This document shows positions 49,811 to 59,834 of a stretch of 64,000 nucleotides of DNA, in pieces (the first letter of the stretch is position 1; every line of letters begins with the position of its first letter). Below the pieces are notes generated by a model that was not told the origin of the DNA, did no database searches, and worked only from the letters and a program-made list of their open reading frames with translations. The stretch is from Ignavibacteria bacterium. GTDB taxonomy: Bacteria; Bacteroidota; Ignavibacteria; Kapaibacteriales; Kapaibacteriaceae. Made by a program: the position numbers and the translations under genes. The DNA is taken from contig CANMBE010000002.1 of assembly GCA_947495975.1 (NCBI GenBank), positions 14,433 through 78,432 on the forward strand. Reading direction: 5' to 3'.

Positions 49811-51457
49811 GTGAAGAATTGGATGCATCGATGTAGTGTTGGAGTGATTTGTGCCGTTGCGATAACAATTGGCGCATTTGCACAACAACCGCAGGTATAC
49901 AAAGCGCCAATTGCCACGCAGTACGACTCAGCTCAGGCAATGGGCGCGCTTCGGACAAGGCTTGATCAGATATTTACATCAGCCCCCTACCGCTCATCAC
50001 GTGTAAGCGTTATGGTTTGGTCAATCAAGCGCAATAGCGTTGTGTTTGAAAAGAACAGCTCACAGAATCTTACGCCCGCTTCTACCACAAAGCTCTTCTC
50101 CACTGCTGCGTATTACCAATTGTTTGGCCGCAACGCAGTGATTTCTACGGAGGTAAAGACCGACGGCATCTTAGAGCCTGACGGAACCTTGCGAGGAAAT
50201 TTGTATCTGGTTGGGCATGGCGACGCACTTTTGACGGTGAATGATCTTGAAGAGCTTGCCGACAAGGTCATCGCCCTCGGCATTCGCCGCATAACGGGCA
50301 ACATCGTGGGAGATGGTTTTGCTTTTGATCCACAGACAAATCGCGCTGTCTACTCTGGTGATCTGGAAGATGTGCAGCCATTGCCCCCAATCGTTGCACT
50401 TACTGTTAATAAGGGCACAATTGCAATACTGGCAAGTGCTGGCAAGAATGGTCAAGTCAGTGTACAAACCATACCAGCTTCTGATGCATTTCAAGTTCTT
50501 ATTCGAGCCGCTGCTCCCAGAAAGCTGAAAAATTCGAAGAGTGTCAAAAAGAGACAACGCTATGGAGACGCGCCACCTGAGCCACGTAGGCGTCGCAGGC
50601 GTGTTCGCGCTCGTGCACCTCGTATAAGCGCAAGTTCGTCTACACTACCAACGGGTATTCAGCAGATTGTTGTTAGTGGCACACCCGGTGCAAATCGTAG
50701 TACTACGGTTTACGTTGCTATGTCACGTCCAGCTCTTGCAACGGCTGGCGTATTTGCAAATAGATTACGCACTGGTGGTGTTGACATTGACGGAAAAATT
50801 GAATCCCGTCGCACTCCGGTCAGCGCCCGATATCTCACGCAATATCGTAGACCATTTGTGGAGTTCGCAAGTGTTGTGAATAAGCGTAGTGACAACTATC
50901 TAGCCGAACATGTGTTTAAGATGGTGGGTGCTGCATGTGGAGATCATACCACCACTGCAGCGCGAGCAAAGAGAGCAGTAGTAGACGCACTCGATTCACT
51001 CAGCGTTATGCGAAACGGATGTTCATTTAATGATGGTAGTGGACTTTCTCGGCGCAATCTTGTTTCTGCCAAAACCGAAGTTGAACTTTTGCGCCAGATT
51101 TTTGTACAAGATTGGGGTGCTGAGTTTAGAAGCACACTTGCTATTGGGGCGTTTGATGGTACAATTCGAGGGCGTATGCACGATACGCCTGCCGCCAATA
51201 ACGTAACGGCTAAAACTGGCACTCTTCGCAATGTGAGTGCACTTGCTGGATACGTTACTACGAGAGATGGCGAACTATTAGCGTTCTCATTTATATCCAA
51301 CGGACCATCAGTCCGAGCATACAAAGGCTTGGAAAACTTGGCAGCCATTGCGCTGGCGTCGTTCTCATATAAGCTTGCGATTCCTTTGCCGCTAGATATC
51401 CTACCTGTGCCAGCAGACACATCAGGTGAGACTATTGACGGTGAAGATGGCGGATAA
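49811..51457 (+). CDS. dacB: D-Ala-D-Ala carboxypeptidase/endopeptidase (PBP4, S13)
   Basis: PASTTK (SxxK), KRSDN (SxN), DGSGLSR, AKTGTL. TAGATTTG promoter element at 49777-49784. Confidence 0.92.
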   Translation: MKNWMHRCSVGVICAVAITIGAFAQQPQVYKAPIATQYDSAQAMGALRTRLDQIFTSAPYRSSRVSVMVWSIKRNSVVFEKNSSQNLTPASTTKLFSTAAYYQLFGRNAVISTEVKTDGILEPDGTLRGNLYLVGHGDALLTVNDLEELADKVIALGIRRITGNIVGDGFAFDPQTNRAVYSGDLEDVQPLPPIVALTVNKGTIAILASAGKNGQVSVQTIPASDAFQVLIRAAAPRKLKNSKSVKKRQRYGDAPPEPRRRRRRVRARAPRISASSSTLPTGIQQIVVSGTPGANRSTTVYVAMSRPALATAGVFANRLRTGGVDIDGKIESRRTPVSARYLTQYRRPFVEFASVVNKRSDNYLAEHVFKMVGAACGDHTTTAARAKRAVVDALDSLSVMRNGCSFNDGSGLSRRNLVSAKTEVELLRQIFVQDWGAEFRSTLAIGAFDGTIRGRMHDTPAANNVTAKTGTLRNVSALAGYVTTRDGELLAFSFISNGPSVRAYKGLENLAAIALASFSYKLAIPLPLDILPVPADTSGETIDGEDGG

Positions 51458-52931
51458 TATCTCCTGCCATCATCGGCTGTTGTCCATTTGATGAAGAGAC
51501 ACTGTCTCCTGCTTCTGCATGTATGTAGGCGCCAAGAGACGCTGCCACGATCGGTGCAAGTCCTTGCGCTAGCAATCCGGCAATTACACCCGTTAAGACA
51601 TCGCCAGACCCTGCTGTTGCCATATACGGATTGCCATTTGTGGTCAGAAAGCTTGTTTTGCCATCGGTTGTAAGAGAAGGGACGTCCTTGAGGTGAAGCG
51701 TGATATTCTTGTCAAGGGCAAATGTCTTTGCCTCTTCAACAGTATCATACGCAAGATCTTTACGCTCCATGTTCTTGAGCCGAGCAAACTCTCCCTTATG
51801 GGGAGTAAGAATGATGTTGGGACCACGATATTTGAAAAGTGGAAATGCTCGTAGACCCTCTGCATCAATGACAATTGGCTTCTCTCGTGCAATTTCATCA
51901 ATGAGTGTAGCGAGCATCGCAAGCGTCCTAACGTTTGTGCCAAGACCAGGGCCTATTGCACAAACTGTTGATCTATTCATCATCGTTCGTAACGTTTGTT
52001 CTGCGTCTTCGTGAATCGTTCCGTCATCATGAGAAATCAGTTCTGTTGTCATTATTTCACGCGGTGTGAGCGGGTGAATAAAGGGTGCAGCAAGTTCCAC
52101 TAAACCAGCACCGATGGCGAGCGCTGCATGGGCACTCATGGAAGGGGCTCCTGGCATTCCTCGAGTGCCACCTATGACTAATACTCTTCCGTAGTCAAAT
52201 TTTGACGTTGATGCGTTTCGCTTTTGAAGCAGGCCTCGTATGTCGTTGTGTTCATATCGAAACATTGTAGAGAACCGCGCTGCCAAACTGCTCGCGACGC
52301 CTATCGGAGCCACTACAACACGTCCAACACACATCGGACCATCATTCCGAAAGAAACCTGGTTTCTGTGTTTCCAGCGTAATAGTCATATCCGCACGAAA
52401 GACATCCGGATGTGCCTTTCCTGTCACTGGGTGGAGGCCCGTGGGAACATCAATCGCAACCTTGAATGCATCGTATGCATTGAGAACTGCAACTTGTGAT
52501 GGCAAAAGTCCGCGTAGTTCTGCGCTTCCACCAGCGCCAATAAGAGCGTCGACAACTACATTGAACTTCGTGTGAGGGTTTAGCTGATCAAAAGAAATAC
52601 TTTGTATTTCATGAGGCAGCCGCTCTCTATTGACGCGCGCTTGAGTCGTCATTGACTCAGATTTTGATGACGTAACAACAACCACATCACGAATTGAAGA
52701 TTCATCTCTTAACAAACGAGCTATCACGAATCCATCGCCCCCGTTATTGCCTGCTCCACAAGCTATCAAGACGGAGAGTGGCCCTATACCCAGAGGCTCT
52801 ATGGCCTCAAGCAGATGTCTGGTAGCCGCAGCTGCCGCCTGTTCCATGAGATCAATAGGCTTTAATCCACATTCATCGGAACAGACTTTATCGAAGCTGA
52901 GTATCTCACTTGGTTGAAGTAATGGAAGCAT
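51432..52931 (-). CDS. nnr: Bifunctional NAD(P)HX epimerase/dehydratase
   Basis: CGAGNNGGDG, VDALIG, DVPTG, IGPGLG, LTPHKGEF, ATAGSGDVL. Confidence 0.93.
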   Translation of the reverse strand: MLPLLQPSEILSFDKVCSDECGLKPIDLMEQAAAAATRHLLEAIEPLGIGPLSVLIACGAGNNGGDGFVIARLLRDESSIRDVVVVTSSKSESMTTQARVNRERLPHEIQSISFDQLNPHTKFNVVVDALIGAGGSAELRGLLPSQVAVLNAYDAFKVAIDVPTGLHPVTGKAHPDVFRADMTITLETQKPGFFRNDGPMCVGRVVVAPIGVASSLAARFSTMFRYEHNDIRGLLQKRNASTSKFDYGRVLVIGGTRGMPGAPSMSAHAALAIGAGLVELAAPFIHPLTPREIMTTELISHDDGTIHEDAEQTLRTMMNRSTVCAIGPGLGTNVRTLAMLATLIDEIAREKPIVIDAEGLRAFPLFKYRGPNIILTPHKGEFARLKNMERKDLAYDTVEEAKTFALDKNITLHLKDVPSLTTDGKTSFLTTNGNPYMATAGSGDVLTGVIAGLLAQGLAPIVAASLGAYIHAEAGDSVSSSNGQQPMMAGDIIRHLHRQ

Positions 52932-52935
52932 TACA

Positions 52936-52943
52936 CAAAAGTA
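52936..52943 (-). promoter_or_regulatory. -7 promoter element TACTTTTG, 4 nt before the nnr ATG
   Basis: The minus strand reads TACTTTTG-TGTA-ATG. Confidence 0.7.
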
Positions 52944-52991
52944 CCGCTCCCTTGATGCAGATTTGTATCATATTCACCAAAGAGATTCATT

Positions 52992-55058
52992 ATGCCTCGC
53001 CCCCTACTCGTAAGTCTTGCCCTTGTGTTTTCATTTGTTGCCCTTGTAGCACAAGACTACCGCAATGACATGTTTCGCACTCGCCGTGCATCACATGAAG
53101 CCCAAGATTCCAAGCGTGCTGAGGTTACGCAGGTGGAAGAGCGATTGCGACCGTTTTACCATGGTGTTGCAAGTGGCGACCCACTCAACGATCGTGTTAT
53201 CATTTGGTCTCGTGTAACACCTGAGAATGGTGCCACGAGTGTTAAAGTGCAGTACCGTGTAGCAACAGATACTGCCTTGACAAATGTTGTGAAGTCTGGG
53301 GAGTTCACTACGTCAAGTGAACGCGATTTCACAGTCAAAGTTGACGTGGATGGATTACAACAAGGCACAGTGTACTACTACGGCTTCAGTGCATATGGTC
53401 GCAACTCGCTTACGGGACGCACGCGCACTACCGCTACTAATGGAGTTTCTCAAGCACGCTTTGCGGTAGTCTCATGCTCAAATTATCCAGCAGGTTATTT
53501 CAATGCCTATGGAACAATTGCCAACCGCAATGATCTTGACGCAGTCCTCCACCTTGGAGACTACATCTATGAGTACGATGCAGATTCAACATCGTATGGT
53601 GGACTCATAGGAAAGCGGCTAGGTAGGTCTCATGAGCCCGATGCAGAACTCGTATCGCTTACCGACTACAGAACGCGATATTCACAATATCGACTCGATC
53701 CAGACCTTCGTAGAGCTCATCAACAACATCCAATGATTCACATCTGGGACGATCATGAATCGGCAAATGATTCATATACCAATGGCGCAGAGAATCATCA
53801 GCCAAGCGAAGGTGAGTGGAACGTTCGTAAAGCGATTTCAAAACGCGTGTGCTATGAGTGGATGCCTACGCGCGAGAATTCTGAGGGTGTTTTGTATCGC
53901 CAATTCTCCTTTGGTACTCTTCTTGATCTTTTCATGCTTGATACACGACTCGATGGAAGAGACATTCAAGTAGCTGGAGTTGGTGAAGGGGCTTCCCAGG
54001 CCTCTAAAGACTCAATCAACGATCCTAACCGTAGGATCATGTCAACCACGCAATACGATTGGCTGACCCAAGGGCTGAAGAATAGCTCAAAGACATGGAA
54101 GCTCATCGGCAATCAAGTAATCTTTTCTTCGATCAACGTAACACCAATAGATACTGCATTTCTCTTTGCAGCTATTGGCCCGATTTATTCGGCATTTGTT
54201 CGTCCGCAGGTGCCAGGACTACAGTTCGCATTTGAATCGGCATTCTATGGTGACGTGTGGAATAACTACCCTGCACAGCGTGCTAACCTAGCGGCATTTA
54301 TTCGTGCAGAGAATGTGAGCAATGTTGCAATTGTAACAGGTGATTTCCATAGTGCATTTGCCTTTGAAACTCGCACGATGTGGGCAGAGAACAAGAGTTC
54401 CGTTGCAGTGGAATTTATAACACCATCAATCTCTGCTCCTAACTTTGATGAGAACCTACGCTCGAATGCTGCCATCGCTCCCCTCACTCCAGCTTTGATC
54501 GCTACCATCGACAGAACAATATCTGGACTCAATGATCATGTGAAATGGCAGGACATTGTCAATCACGGATATGAACTTGTTGATTTCACTGCCGAACGAG
54601 TTCAATGTGATTGGTACTTTATGGATACGATTCTAGCGCCATCTTCCGCCGAGACGTGGGAACGAGGATACGTCTCAATGAGTGGCACGTCCACCCTTTC
54701 ACGGGCAGGTTCACCGTCATCTGGTAAGCCAAATCAAGACATTCCAGCACCTGCAAATCCTCCACAAGGATCAGTGGGCGTGAATGAAGACCTAAATCGT
54801 GGCTTTACCATTGTAGGCTATGGCCCAAATCCAACGTCTAGCGCATTGTCATTGACATATATCGTTGATGAGCCGTCAATTGTTCGAATTACAATTGTTG
54901 ATGTCAACGGCAGAGAGATTACCTCAACAGAGCCCGCAGTAGAACACGGACTGCACAGTGTTGTGCTCGACCTGAAGCCCCTTGCCTCAGGGCGCTACAC
55001 CATTGTGATTCATTCTGGTGCTGCTACCGTACTAACACGGATTGTTGTTTCGCGATAG
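52992..55058 (+). CDS. phoD: Alkaline phosphatase D with a T9SS-type C-terminal domain
   Basis: FYHGVASGDP, SCSNY, HLGDYIYE, IWDDHESAND, LDTRL, TGDFH. CTD GPNP...LASGRYTI. Confidence 0.92.
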   Translation: MPRPLLVSLALVFSFVALVAQDYRNDMFRTRRASHEAQDSKRAEVTQVEERLRPFYHGVASGDPLNDRVIIWSRVTPENGATSVKVQYRVATDTALTNVVKSGEFTTSSERDFTVKVDVDGLQQGTVYYYGFSAYGRNSLTGRTRTTATNGVSQARFAVVSCSNYPAGYFNAYGTIANRNDLDAVLHLGDYIYEYDADSTSYGGLIGKRLGRSHEPDAELVSLTDYRTRYSQYRLDPDLRRAHQQHPMIHIWDDHESANDSYTNGAENHQPSEGEWNVRKAISKRVCYEWMPTRENSEGVLYRQFSFGTLLDLFMLDTRLDGRDIQVAGVGEGASQASKDSINDPNRRIMSTTQYDWLTQGLKNSSKTWKLIGNQVIFSSINVTPIDTAFLFAAIGPIYSAFVRPQVPGLQFAFESAFYGDVWNNYPAQRANLAAFIRAENVSNVAIVTGDFHSAFAFETRTMWAENKSSVAVEFITPSISAPNFDENLRSNAAIAPLTPALIATIDRTISGLNDHVKWQDIVNHGYELVDFTAERVQCDWYFMDTILAPSSAETWERGYVSMSGTSTLSRAGSPSSGKPNQDIPAPANPPQGSVGVNEDLNRGFTIVGYGPNPTSSALSLTYIVDEPSIVRITIVDVNGREITSTEPAVEHGLHSVVLDLKPLASGRYTIVIHSGAATVLTRIVVSR

Positions 55059-55074
55059 CGCGTTATCGCAAAAC

Positions 55075-55100
55075 ATCATCCCGAGCGAAGCGAGGGACCT
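55075..55100 (+). repeat. REP-like palindromic element (ATCATCCCGAGCGAAGCGAGGGACCT)
   Basis: TCCC..GCGAAGC..GGGA hairpin resembling CGTC/GTCAT-tagged palindromic repeats. I saw only one copy in this window. Confidence 0.55.
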
Positions 55101-55106
55101 AGTGAT

Positions 55107-55114
55107 TAACTTTG
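55107..55114 (+). promoter_or_regulatory. -7 promoter element TAACTTTG, 4 nt before the ATG at 55119
   Basis: TAACTTTG-CTGC-ATG. Confidence 0.7.
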
Positions 55115-55118
55115 CTGC

Positions 55119-55622
55119 ATGACCTTCGTGCACAGATGTATAATCGCATGTACCACATTCTCTATTGGAATGTTGACCGCCTGTGGTGGTCTCGACCCCA
55201 ATGAGGTGCGGCCATACAGCGGAATACGTGGCACGGTGACGTATGTAGGGGGCTCTGCGGCATGGCCACCAGATTCCATCTTTGATGTGCGAGTTGTTGC
55301 ATTCGAAGAGAAGCCATTGGAGTCAGCTGCTGTTCTTGCTTCGATCATTCTGCAGCGAGCTGCGTTCTCTCCAGTACGTCTACCGTTTCGTGTTTCATCA
55401 ACCTCATATGAAATCGAGGTATTGGCAACTCCAAGAACGTTTACATACGTTGTAGTTGCAATGCAGAATGGTCCCAATTTTCAGACCGATTGGGTGATGC
55501 TTGATGTCTATTCAGCCACGGGCAACGTCTCAGCCCCTTCAATCGTGATTATCCCCTCTGGGGGCACCGTCAACATTGACTTTCGTGTAGACTTTTCAAA
55601 CCTTCCGCCGCAGCCATTTTGA
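55119..55622 (+). CDS. Hypothetical lipoprotein, partner of the TonB receptor
   Basis: Lipobox LTA/C, beta-rich body, TGATG coupling to the downstream receptor. Confidence 0.75.
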   Translation: MTFVHRCIIACTTFSIGMLTACGGLDPNEVRPYSGIRGTVTYVGGSAAWPPDSIFDVRVVAFEEKPLESAAVLASIILQRAAFSPVRLPFRVSSTSYEIEVLATPRTFTYVVVAMQNGPNFQTDWVMLDVYSATGNVSAPSIVIIPSGGTVNIDFRVDFSNLPPQPF

Positions 55623-57814
55623 TGAAGCCCATGCGCATCATCGCAGCATTGTGCTCCTTGCTAGTCATAGCAGTTAGCGCAACGGCTCAGAATGTTGGAA
55701 CCCTAACGGGTTATCTCACGGATCGCGAAACAGCTCTTCCCTTGCGTGGCGCTACCGTACGTATTGAAGGAACCAGAAGCGGTGCCATCACGAATGCGAA
55801 GGGTGTCTTTGTCATCAACAGTGCGCCAGCTGGAAGTGTTACGGTGGTAGTAACTTTTGTGGGCTATGAAACTTCTCGGCAAAAGGTTTACATCAAAGCC
55901 AGCGAATCAGCAACAATGGTGATAACAATCAAAAGCTCGGCTATTTCTAAAGGAGAGGTTGTTGTTTCTGCAAACAGACGTGTTCAAGCCGTCCAAGATG
56001 TGCCAATTAGTGTGTCGATTCTCACATCAGAAGATCTTGATCAACGTAGCGTAACTCGACTCGATGAGGCTCTTCGATATGTGAGCGGCATCAGCATCGC
56101 CAGAGATCAAGTCAATATCCGTGGTGCGTCTGGTTTTGCATTCGGCGTAGGGTCACGCACGGCTGTGCAGATTGATGGATTCTCATTGCTCTCTGGTGAC
56201 AATGGCGACATCAAATTCGATGTGATGCCAGTTGCAGATGTGGAGCGTATAGAAATTGTTAAAGGTGCCGGCTCTGCTCTCTATGGCACCGGAGCTCTGG
56301 GCGGCGTTGTGAGTATGATTACGAAAGACCCAACTGATTCACTGGCGGTCTATGGGCGTGTATATGCCGGACCATACACGATGCCTCCCTATTCGCAATG
56401 GGAATACCGTTCAACGCTACCATGGCAAATCGGCGCAGATGTTCGTGTTGCACAACGAATTGGCAAGTTCTCATTTTCTGCCAGTGGAGGAGTTCGAAAT
56501 GACGAGAGTTATCGTCGATACGATAAGAACACACGGGGCTTTGGATTCGGCAAACTCTCATGGCAACCATCAGACCTCGTTACGTTTCGTGTCTTTGGAT
56601 TTGCAACCACGGAGAACAGAGAAAACTTCATTTATTGGAGAGACCTAGATAACGCAACGTTGCCGCCTCCTGACCAAAATCAAAATGAGCGTCTTGTAAC
56701 CACGAAGTATACCATCGGTACGGAATACAACCAGATATTTTCTGGCTCAACATCCATCATCGCTCGGTACGGTTTCTTTCGGACAACATTCGAAAACCAA
56801 ATTGAAGGTAAAAAGCTCGACTCTAATCAATCAACGGCATTTGCTCACAATGCCGAGATTCAACTTACTTCTCGTCTATCAGATGGTGTGGTTCTAACAG
56901 CGGGTATAACTGGCAGGATCAACTGGGTGAGAAGCGATGTTTACAGCACAGCACTGCAGACAATTGCCAGCGCGTATACTCAAGGTGAGTATACAAAAGA
57001 TGACTTCATCTTTACACTTGGACTTCGTGCCGATCGCGAAGAGACATATTCGCTACCCTCACAGATTGAGCTTTCTCCCAAGTTTGGAATGACGTGGAAC
57101 GTACAACCTCAATTCACCATGAGGGCATCTGCGGGAAGGGGCTTTCGGGCACCAACCATCGCAGAGCGTTATGCGAACATTCGGTATGGCCCGTTCAATG
57201 TGCGGCCAAATCCGGACCTATTGTCTGAGAGCTCATGGTCCAGTGAAATTGGTGCACATCTTACTGCAACGGATGCGTTTGTACCGGTAGACATTGATCT
57301 AGCTGTGTTTGACAATGAACTGTTTGACCTTATCGAGCCAACTTTTGCACTGGATAAACCAGGCGTGCCCATCATTTTTATGAACCTTACACGAGCGCGC
57401 ATCATTGGCACTGAGCTCACCATTCGAGCCTTGTTCACAAAAGAGTTATCACTCGAGTCGGGCTTTACCTATATGCTGCCAAGAGACATAACTACCGGCA
57501 CAACATTAAAGTATCGGAATACAATCCTTTGGTACTCACGGGGCTCCTGGAAACCCTCTTCGAACGTTGAATTGCAGGCAGAATATCGGTATCAAGATGC
57601 AGCAGCAGCAATTGATGATCGGCTAAGTCTGTTTATACCCGATGCTGATGCACGCGTTCCGATGCATGTTATAGATGCACGATTATTTTATTCGCCGTCA
57701 AAGAGTCTACGATTTGGACTCATTGGACGAAACTTATTAAGCTATGCATTTACAGAGATCGTTGGCAATCTTGCTCCTACACGTGCTGTACTTTTTCAGG
57801 CAGAGATTCGCTAA
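55622..57814 (+). CDS. TonB-dependent receptor
   Basis: Signal peptide, carboxypeptidase-regulatory-like domain, plug NIRG...IEIVKGAGSALYG..ALGGVV, GFRAPTIAE. Confidence 0.92.
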   Translation: MKPMRIIAALCSLLVIAVSATAQNVGTLTGYLTDRETALPLRGATVRIEGTRSGAITNAKGVFVINSAPAGSVTVVVTFVGYETSRQKVYIKASESATMVITIKSSAISKGEVVVSANRRVQAVQDVPISVSILTSEDLDQRSVTRLDEALRYVSGISIARDQVNIRGASGFAFGVGSRTAVQIDGFSLLSGDNGDIKFDVMPVADVERIEIVKGAGSALYGTGALGGVVSMITKDPTDSLAVYGRVYAGPYTMPPYSQWEYRSTLPWQIGADVRVAQRIGKFSFSASGGVRNDESYRRYDKNTRGFGFGKLSWQPSDLVTFRVFGFATTENRENFIYWRDLDNATLPPPDQNQNERLVTTKYTIGTEYNQIFSGSTSIIARYGFFRTTFENQIEGKKLDSNQSTAFAHNAEIQLTSRLSDGVVLTAGITGRINWVRSDVYSTALQTIASAYTQGEYTKDDFIFTLGLRADREETYSLPSQIELSPKFGMTWNVQPQFTMRASAGRGFRAPTIAERYANIRYGPFNVRPNPDLLSESSWSSEIGAHLTATDAFVPVDIDLAVFDNELFDLIEPTFALDKPGVPIIFMNLTRARIIGTELTIRALFTKELSLESGFTYMLPRDITTGTTLKYRNTILWYSRGSWKPSSNVELQAEYRYQDAAAAIDDRLSLFIPDADARVPMHVIDARLFYSPSKSLRFGLIGRNLLSYAFTEIVGNLAPTRAVLFQAEIR

Positions 57815-57821
57815 TTGCGTA

Positions 57822-58571
57822 TCAGTAGTCGCGAAGTGTAAACGACTCGCCGAGGTAGCGCGCTCTTACTTCTTTGTTTGCAGCAATTTCTTCTGCTGTA
57901 CCGTTAACAAAGATCGATCCATCAATGAGGATGTAGGCGCGGTCCGTAATACTTAACGTCTCGTGTACATTGTGATCAGTGATCAATACTCCTATGCCCT
58001 TGTGCTTTAGTTGCGTTACAATTCGCATGATGTCTTCAACTGCGATAGGATCAATACCAGCAAAGGGTTCATCGAGTAGGATAAACTTAGGGTCGGTAGC
58101 TAGCGCCCGCGCAATTTCACACCGACGTCTCTCGCCCCCTGAGAGAGTAGACGCATTACTCTTTCGGATGTGACTGATTCCAAAATCATCAATCAAACTA
58201 TCAAGCTTCTTTTGACGATCCGCAGATGTCATCTTCTTGAGTTGAAGAATTGCCTTGATGTTCTGTTCGACTGTTAACCGGTGAAAAATGCTTGCCTCTT
58301 GTGGCAGGTATGCAACACCTGCACGTGCGCGCTTATACATTGGTGTTGTTGTTACATCAACGTCATCAATAAATACTCTGCCTACGTCGGGCTTCACCAT
58401 TCCGGTGATCATGTAAAACGTGGTTGTTTTCCCTGCTCCATTTGGGCCGAGCAATCCAACACATTCACCTTGGCGCACAGACAACGTGCTACCCTTAACA
58501 ACAGTGCGTTGTTTGTAGGTCTTGCGAAGACCTTCAGCACGCAGAATGCTGCCTGATTCAGTTGCGGACAC
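57822..58571 (-). CDS. lptB: LPS export ABC transporter ATPase
   Basis: [54 protein letters not shown]. Confidence 0.95.
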   Translation of the reverse strand: MSATESGSILRAEGLRKTYKQRTVVKGSTLSVRQGECVGLLGPNGAGKTTTFYMITGMVKPDVGRVFIDDVDVTTTPMYKRARAGVAYLPQEASIFHRLTVEQNIKAILQLKKMTSADRQKKLDSLIDDFGISHIRKSNASTLSGGERRRCEIARALATDPKFILLDEPFAGIDPIAVEDIMRIVTQLKHKGIGVLITDHNVHETLSITDRAYILIDGSIFVNGTAEEIAANKEVRARYLGESFTLRDY

Positions 58572-59778
58572 TGCCGCTCCGAGGTCTTTGTAGCAACGTC
58601 ATAGTCACATCCTTCTTTACACCTGCCCGCAGCACGGTGAGTTTCATTTTCTGATTTACTTCCCCGTCAAGAATGGCGATATTCACGTCATCGTCTCGCA
58701 ACGTTTGTTGACCATTGATTGCAATGATAACGTCTCCAGGCTCTATTCCTGCATCATCTGCCGGACCGCCTGTAACAACCTCGCTAATGAGAACACCATC
58801 AGCGCTTTGAAGTTGAAAATATTTCATCACGTTTTCATCGATTGCCGTCAGCTTCATCCCAGTCCAGAAATCTCTCTGTATTGGTCCCTGCTTCTGAAGC
58901 CGATCAACAATCGCCTTTACGCGGTTGATTGGAATCGCAAAACCAATACCAATGCTACCGGATCCACGCGAACTTTGGGATGTAGAGTAGATCACTGTGT
59001 TGACGCCAATGACTTCACCAAGTGAATTCACTAAGGGTCCACCTGAGTTGCCTGAAGAGATTGCAGCATCGGTCTGAATCATGTTCTTGTAGACGCGGTC
59101 TTCGCCCCCTTCACCAGGCTGCGTAAAGCTCACTCCAATATTCGAAACAACTCCAACAGTTACGGTGGGTTTTGCATTGTTATCGAAAAGGCCAAATGGG
59201 TTGCCAAATGCAATGGCCCATTCTCCTACTTCAACATCTTCACTATTCGATAGTTTGAGAAATGGTAAGCCACTTCCTTCAATCTTGAGAACGGCTACAT
59301 CGGTAACAGGGTCTGTTCCAATAATGCGCGCATCATGCTTTGATCCATCGGTCATGGTAACAACGATCTTTGATGCATTACCAGCAACGTGGTCATTCGT
59401 TAGAATATAGCCGTCTGCACTAATCAGAAATCCGGAGCCTAATGAGCGGACTTCATAATCCCGCTTGTATGTATGTGGCCTATCGCCGTAAAACTGCCGG
59501 AACATGGGATCAGCATAAAAGTCTTCCCATGGATCTCGGTAATACTGAGTTCGGGTCTCCGTTACATTAATTCCTACGATTGCAGGTGAGCACTTCTTCA
59601 CCGCGTTTGTAATCGCATTGCGCCTGCTTGTAGAGACATCCTCACTTATGTTCAGAGCATTTGTGTACATATGCTCTGATAGCGCAGCTTGTATGGAGGG
59701 CTTGTAGGCAGCCATTGGATGGGCTGCCAGGACCATCATCATGGCCGTAAAAAACGATGTAATCGGTGTCTTTGCCAT
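58558..59778 (-). CDS. HtrA/DegP-family serine protease with one PDZ domain
   Basis: [44 protein letters not shown]. Confidence 0.93.
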   Translation of the reverse strand: MAKTPITSFFTAMMMVLAAHPMAAYKPSIQAALSEHMYTNALNISEDVSTSRRNAITNAVKKCSPAIVGINVTETRTQYYRDPWEDFYADPMFRQFYGDRPHTYKRDYEVRSLGSGFLISADGYILTNDHVAGNASKIVVTMTDGSKHDARIIGTDPVTDVAVLKIEGSGLPFLKLSNSEDVEVGEWAIAFGNPFGLFDNNAKPTVTVGVVSNIGVSFTQPGEGGEDRVYKNMIQTDAAISSGNSGGPLVNSLGEVIGVNTVIYSTSQSSRGSGSIGIGFAIPINRVKAIVDRLQKQGPIQRDFWTGMKLTAIDENVMKYFQLQSADGVLISEVVTGGPADDAGIEPGDVIIAINGQQTLRDDDVNIAILDGEVNQKMKLTVLRAGVKKDVTMTLLQRPRSGSVRN

Positions 59779-59834
59779 AGGTGCAAATGTCGAATTGCAG
59801 GCGGAATTATTGCCTAGCGCTATCTTCGTTGTTC

